Below, piece after piece: positions 62,501 through 64,000 of a stretch of DNA of 64,000 bases. The DNA is from Piromyces finnis finn (Eukaryota > Fungi > Neocallimastigomycota). The DNA is taken from assembly GCA_002104945.1 (NCBI GenBank), contig MCFH01000033.1, positions 434,001-498,000 of the forward strand, in the 5' to 3' direction. Each line of letters starts with the position of its first letter. Position 1 is the stretch's first letter. The notes beneath the pieces were generated by a model. That model made no database searches. It saw only the letters and a list, made by a program, of their open reading frames with translations, and was not told the origin of the DNA. The translations under genes were made by a program, and so were the position numbers.

Positions 62501-63827
62501 CGTCTGCAATTGAAAAAGCAGTTGAAGTAAACTCTTTGGAAAGTTCATCTGTAGAAACATTAGGATCGTTGAATTTTGCTGAAAGTATTTGGAATTTATT
62601 ATGACTGAGAATAGATTCCTTTTCCTCAATACATTTTAATCTATTCCATTTCAGAATTTTCTTAGGAACATTAAAGTCATTAGAAAAATCTTCCATAGGA
62701 ATAATTTTACCATTAATAAGAAGTGGCTTATGGTCTGAAACAGGATAAAAATTATTTATAAATGATCCTGAGTGAATAAGATCTTTCATCTTCGAGTTGA
62801 TAAGAGCATGGTCAATGTCGGAAGATTGATCATCTCGAGTCCAAGAGATAGTCGACCCTCTAAGCGGAAGAATTTCCAAATCTCCTAATCCATTAGTTGA
62901 TAACCAGTTGGATAATTTAACTTTAGACATATTAAAATCACCAACAAGAATCGATGGATGGGATGAATGAGTTTGTAACCACAAGCGAACTTCTAACTTT
63001 GCATGATCAACATAGATGTTGTGATGACTATGAGGCATATAAACATTTCCAATCGAGCATTTGAATCTATTCCAAAGACTAAAAGTATAAATAGAAATAA
63101 TATACTTTCCAGAGAAGTTTTCAAGTGAGGCTTGACATGAGGAAGAATCGTTGCTATTATTATTATTATTAAAGTCATCGTTATTAATGGATGATGCATC
63201 AGAGGAATAAGTAGAACTATTACTAGATGGCTGTGAAACTGAAGAACTATCAACTATTGAACTGTTATCAGAGTTGATAGAACTATTAGAATTAATTGTT
63301 GAATGTTGAGATTGAAATTGTGTTTGCTGTAGATCTGGAATATTTTCATGATGGGAAACTTGTTGAAGATCCTGTTGAAGATCTAGTTGAAGATCGGATT
63401 GTTGATGAGATTGTTGAACTGATTGTTGAAATGATTGTTGAATAGAATGTTGATGTTTATTAGAAACTAAAATTTTACGTTTGAGAGTGGAAAAAGTGTA
63501 TTTGTGATTCCTTCTACTACGAGCTGAAAAGGAAATTGAGGTAACTGAAAGTTTCTTCTTTAACATGTGTAAGATTTTAATACAATCTTTCGATGAACCA
63601 TGAACCTTGACTAAGAAAAAGTGATCATTGAAAGTCTGAAAATATTTAACACTAATAACTGAATTAAATTTATCTTCTAGAATAACCTCGAGTTTTTCCC
63701 ATAGCATATTTACTGACCATGATCGAATACCACGGATAAAGAAGGAGCGAATATCATCTAAGGGGATACCATAAGACCGGGTACCACGTCTGATATAATT
63801 CTTGTCTTTAATATAAAGGACTGACAT
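59541..63827 (-). mobile_element. Non-LTR retrotransposon (LINE, APE+RT); true 5' end not resolved
   Basis: See the ORF; 3' end inferred at GGAAGTCAAA (59541-59550) by analogy with the SINE end GGAAGTT(A)n. Confidence 0.88.
59865..63827 (-). CDS. LINE polyprotein (1320 aa): APE endonuclease, RT, C-terminal CCHC; continues in another frame at 59863-59636
   Basis: GNVYMP, VGDFNM, DIDHAL, SDHKPL (APE); LDLRKAYDSV, RQGCPLSP, FADD, YLG (RT); CPCCKCGAQSIKHWLLVC. Confidence 0.92.
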   Translation of the reverse strand: MSVLYIKDKNYIRRGTRSYGIPLDDIRSFFIRGIRSWSVNMLWEKLEVILEDKFNSVISVKYFQTFNDHFFLVKVHGSSKDCIKILHMLKKKLSVTSISFSARSRRNHKYTFSTLKRKILVSNKHQHSIQQSFQQSVQQSHQQSDLQLDLQQDLQQVSHHENIPDLQQTQFQSQHSTINSNSSINSDNSSIVDSSSVSQPSSNSSTYSSDASSINNDDFNNNNNSNDSSSCQASLENFSGKYIISIYTFSLWNRFKCSIGNVYMPHSHHNIYVDHAKLEVRLWLQTHSSHPSILVGDFNMSKVKLSNWLSTNGLGDLEILPLRGSTISWTRDDQSSDIDHALINSKMKDLIHSGSFINNFYPVSDHKPLLINGKIIPMEDFSNDFNVPKKILKWNRLKCIEEKESILSHNKFQILSAKFNDPNVSTDELSKEFTSTAFSIADELSITSANNVIKSSFHISQQIFNLQKIKMKLYKRFKKERIYDIDEFIKRIKIYRKLIDYIHKRCNEFRKQEYLHWIKTGCEYMKSHNPKKAWKWIKKTAKIGKDSFFIAQPIKNKNGELVVATEEQLEVWHDHFENLASDPSGVSLDLDHWYEEPTNKRFSLPMLDEWDINQDISIDEVKLAILSTPNYKASGPDGIPIELYKALIPSSNDSNNATGNNSSGNTTSDNDAHGLNFILKLFNRIWDGDFPNSWNESSIVSIPKKGDLTDCDNYRGISLINNGIKLISKIVTTRISEYGLKNNFIRPEQFGFRKKEESISLFISIQEICRRRQLDNKETYLAFLDLRKAYDSVPIGNILHKLDCLGIRGKSLQFIKNLYLTSKANVKLDGQFSKSFDVKKGVRQGCPLSPILFNLFINDIFKECEDLGVSLGDTQCCGGLFADDMVICAPTRGCLKKMLRRVNEWALYNEMEFGIQKCSTMVIRPESIENQIKRDPTFYLAGQPIPTTDCYTYLGVPFDKNLSLKPVIKTLNNKVLKGLFSVSKFLRNPNIPIPFKKLVLNSQVISRVSYFAPLLGSNKARSRIAQKHVNKGIRWIAGVHKAVSFISLYSISKDLNIPPLSAKCALAQVRCFNKWKNSNCIISYLVNYIHKFRKYTWCKSGRTLDKKLKKHGDVKAVKNFYWKDLKGNSIKAQYYDDNKFIETIDFIKLCYEYPEFAYGFYWLLKARSGSKLDARVTKAAKFVDLVCPNYCPCCKCGAQSIKHWLLVCPTFRDIRIKHYDSIVQLLNFFSQRNSNSPINNNENVNISRDSNNINSNSNNSSNNSNNSNSNNNNNNNNSSSNSNNNNSNNISNNSISEDNNSNLDSNLVNNGNSSNNPVKY

Positions 63828-64000
63828 GATAATAAATTCTAATTAAAAATATTGAATATAAAATAAATACTAATAAAAATTATAAATATAACGTATATGG
63901 AAAAAAAATCTGTCTCTCTCTCTCTTCTTAAAAGTACTGGATAGTACAAAAATTGTTACGATGCTTTGTTTAAAGTTTCTTTTTTTTTTGAATTCTAGTT

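Overview
Extremely AT-rich eukaryotic DNA. Base composition, short GT-AG introns, long homopolymers and gene style suggest an anaerobic gut fungus (Neocallimastigomycota); this is inference, not a database result. The left ~7.7 kb holds one host gene, a 3-exon 6-phosphofructokinase, plus a small pseudogene. tRNA-Arg(CCG) at 7649-7721 and tRNA-Gln(CTG) at 16726-16797 sit at or within the left part of a ~56 kb transposon nest. The nest has six Ty3/gypsy LTR elements (my labels A-F), several solo LTRs, a poly(A)-tailed SINE-like insert and a LINE. Nesting read from 5-bp TSDs: D(17377-46789) contains a solo LTR and C(24640-44917). C contains E(25886-33578) and F(36083-41949). E contains the SINE and another solo LTR. 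A (7789-14161, minus strand) and B (46795-56603) flank this block. Main observations: (1) A, C, E and F lack a tRNA PBS and each has a 10-11 nt PBS complementary to its own predicted RNA 5' end (Tf1-type self-priming), while D and B use tRNA-Tyr and tRNA-Ala and share a UUUAAAC -1 frameshift cassette. (2) The LTRs of chromoviruses E and F carry tRNA D-loop and T-loop (A/B-box) motifs at tRNA spacing, with a compensatory base change. (3) A tRNA-headed SINE shares its tail with the LINE in this window. (4) An unexplained covarying hairpin occurs once in the leader of C and as a six-copy array at 57.5-58.6 kb. All alignments and folds were done by eye.
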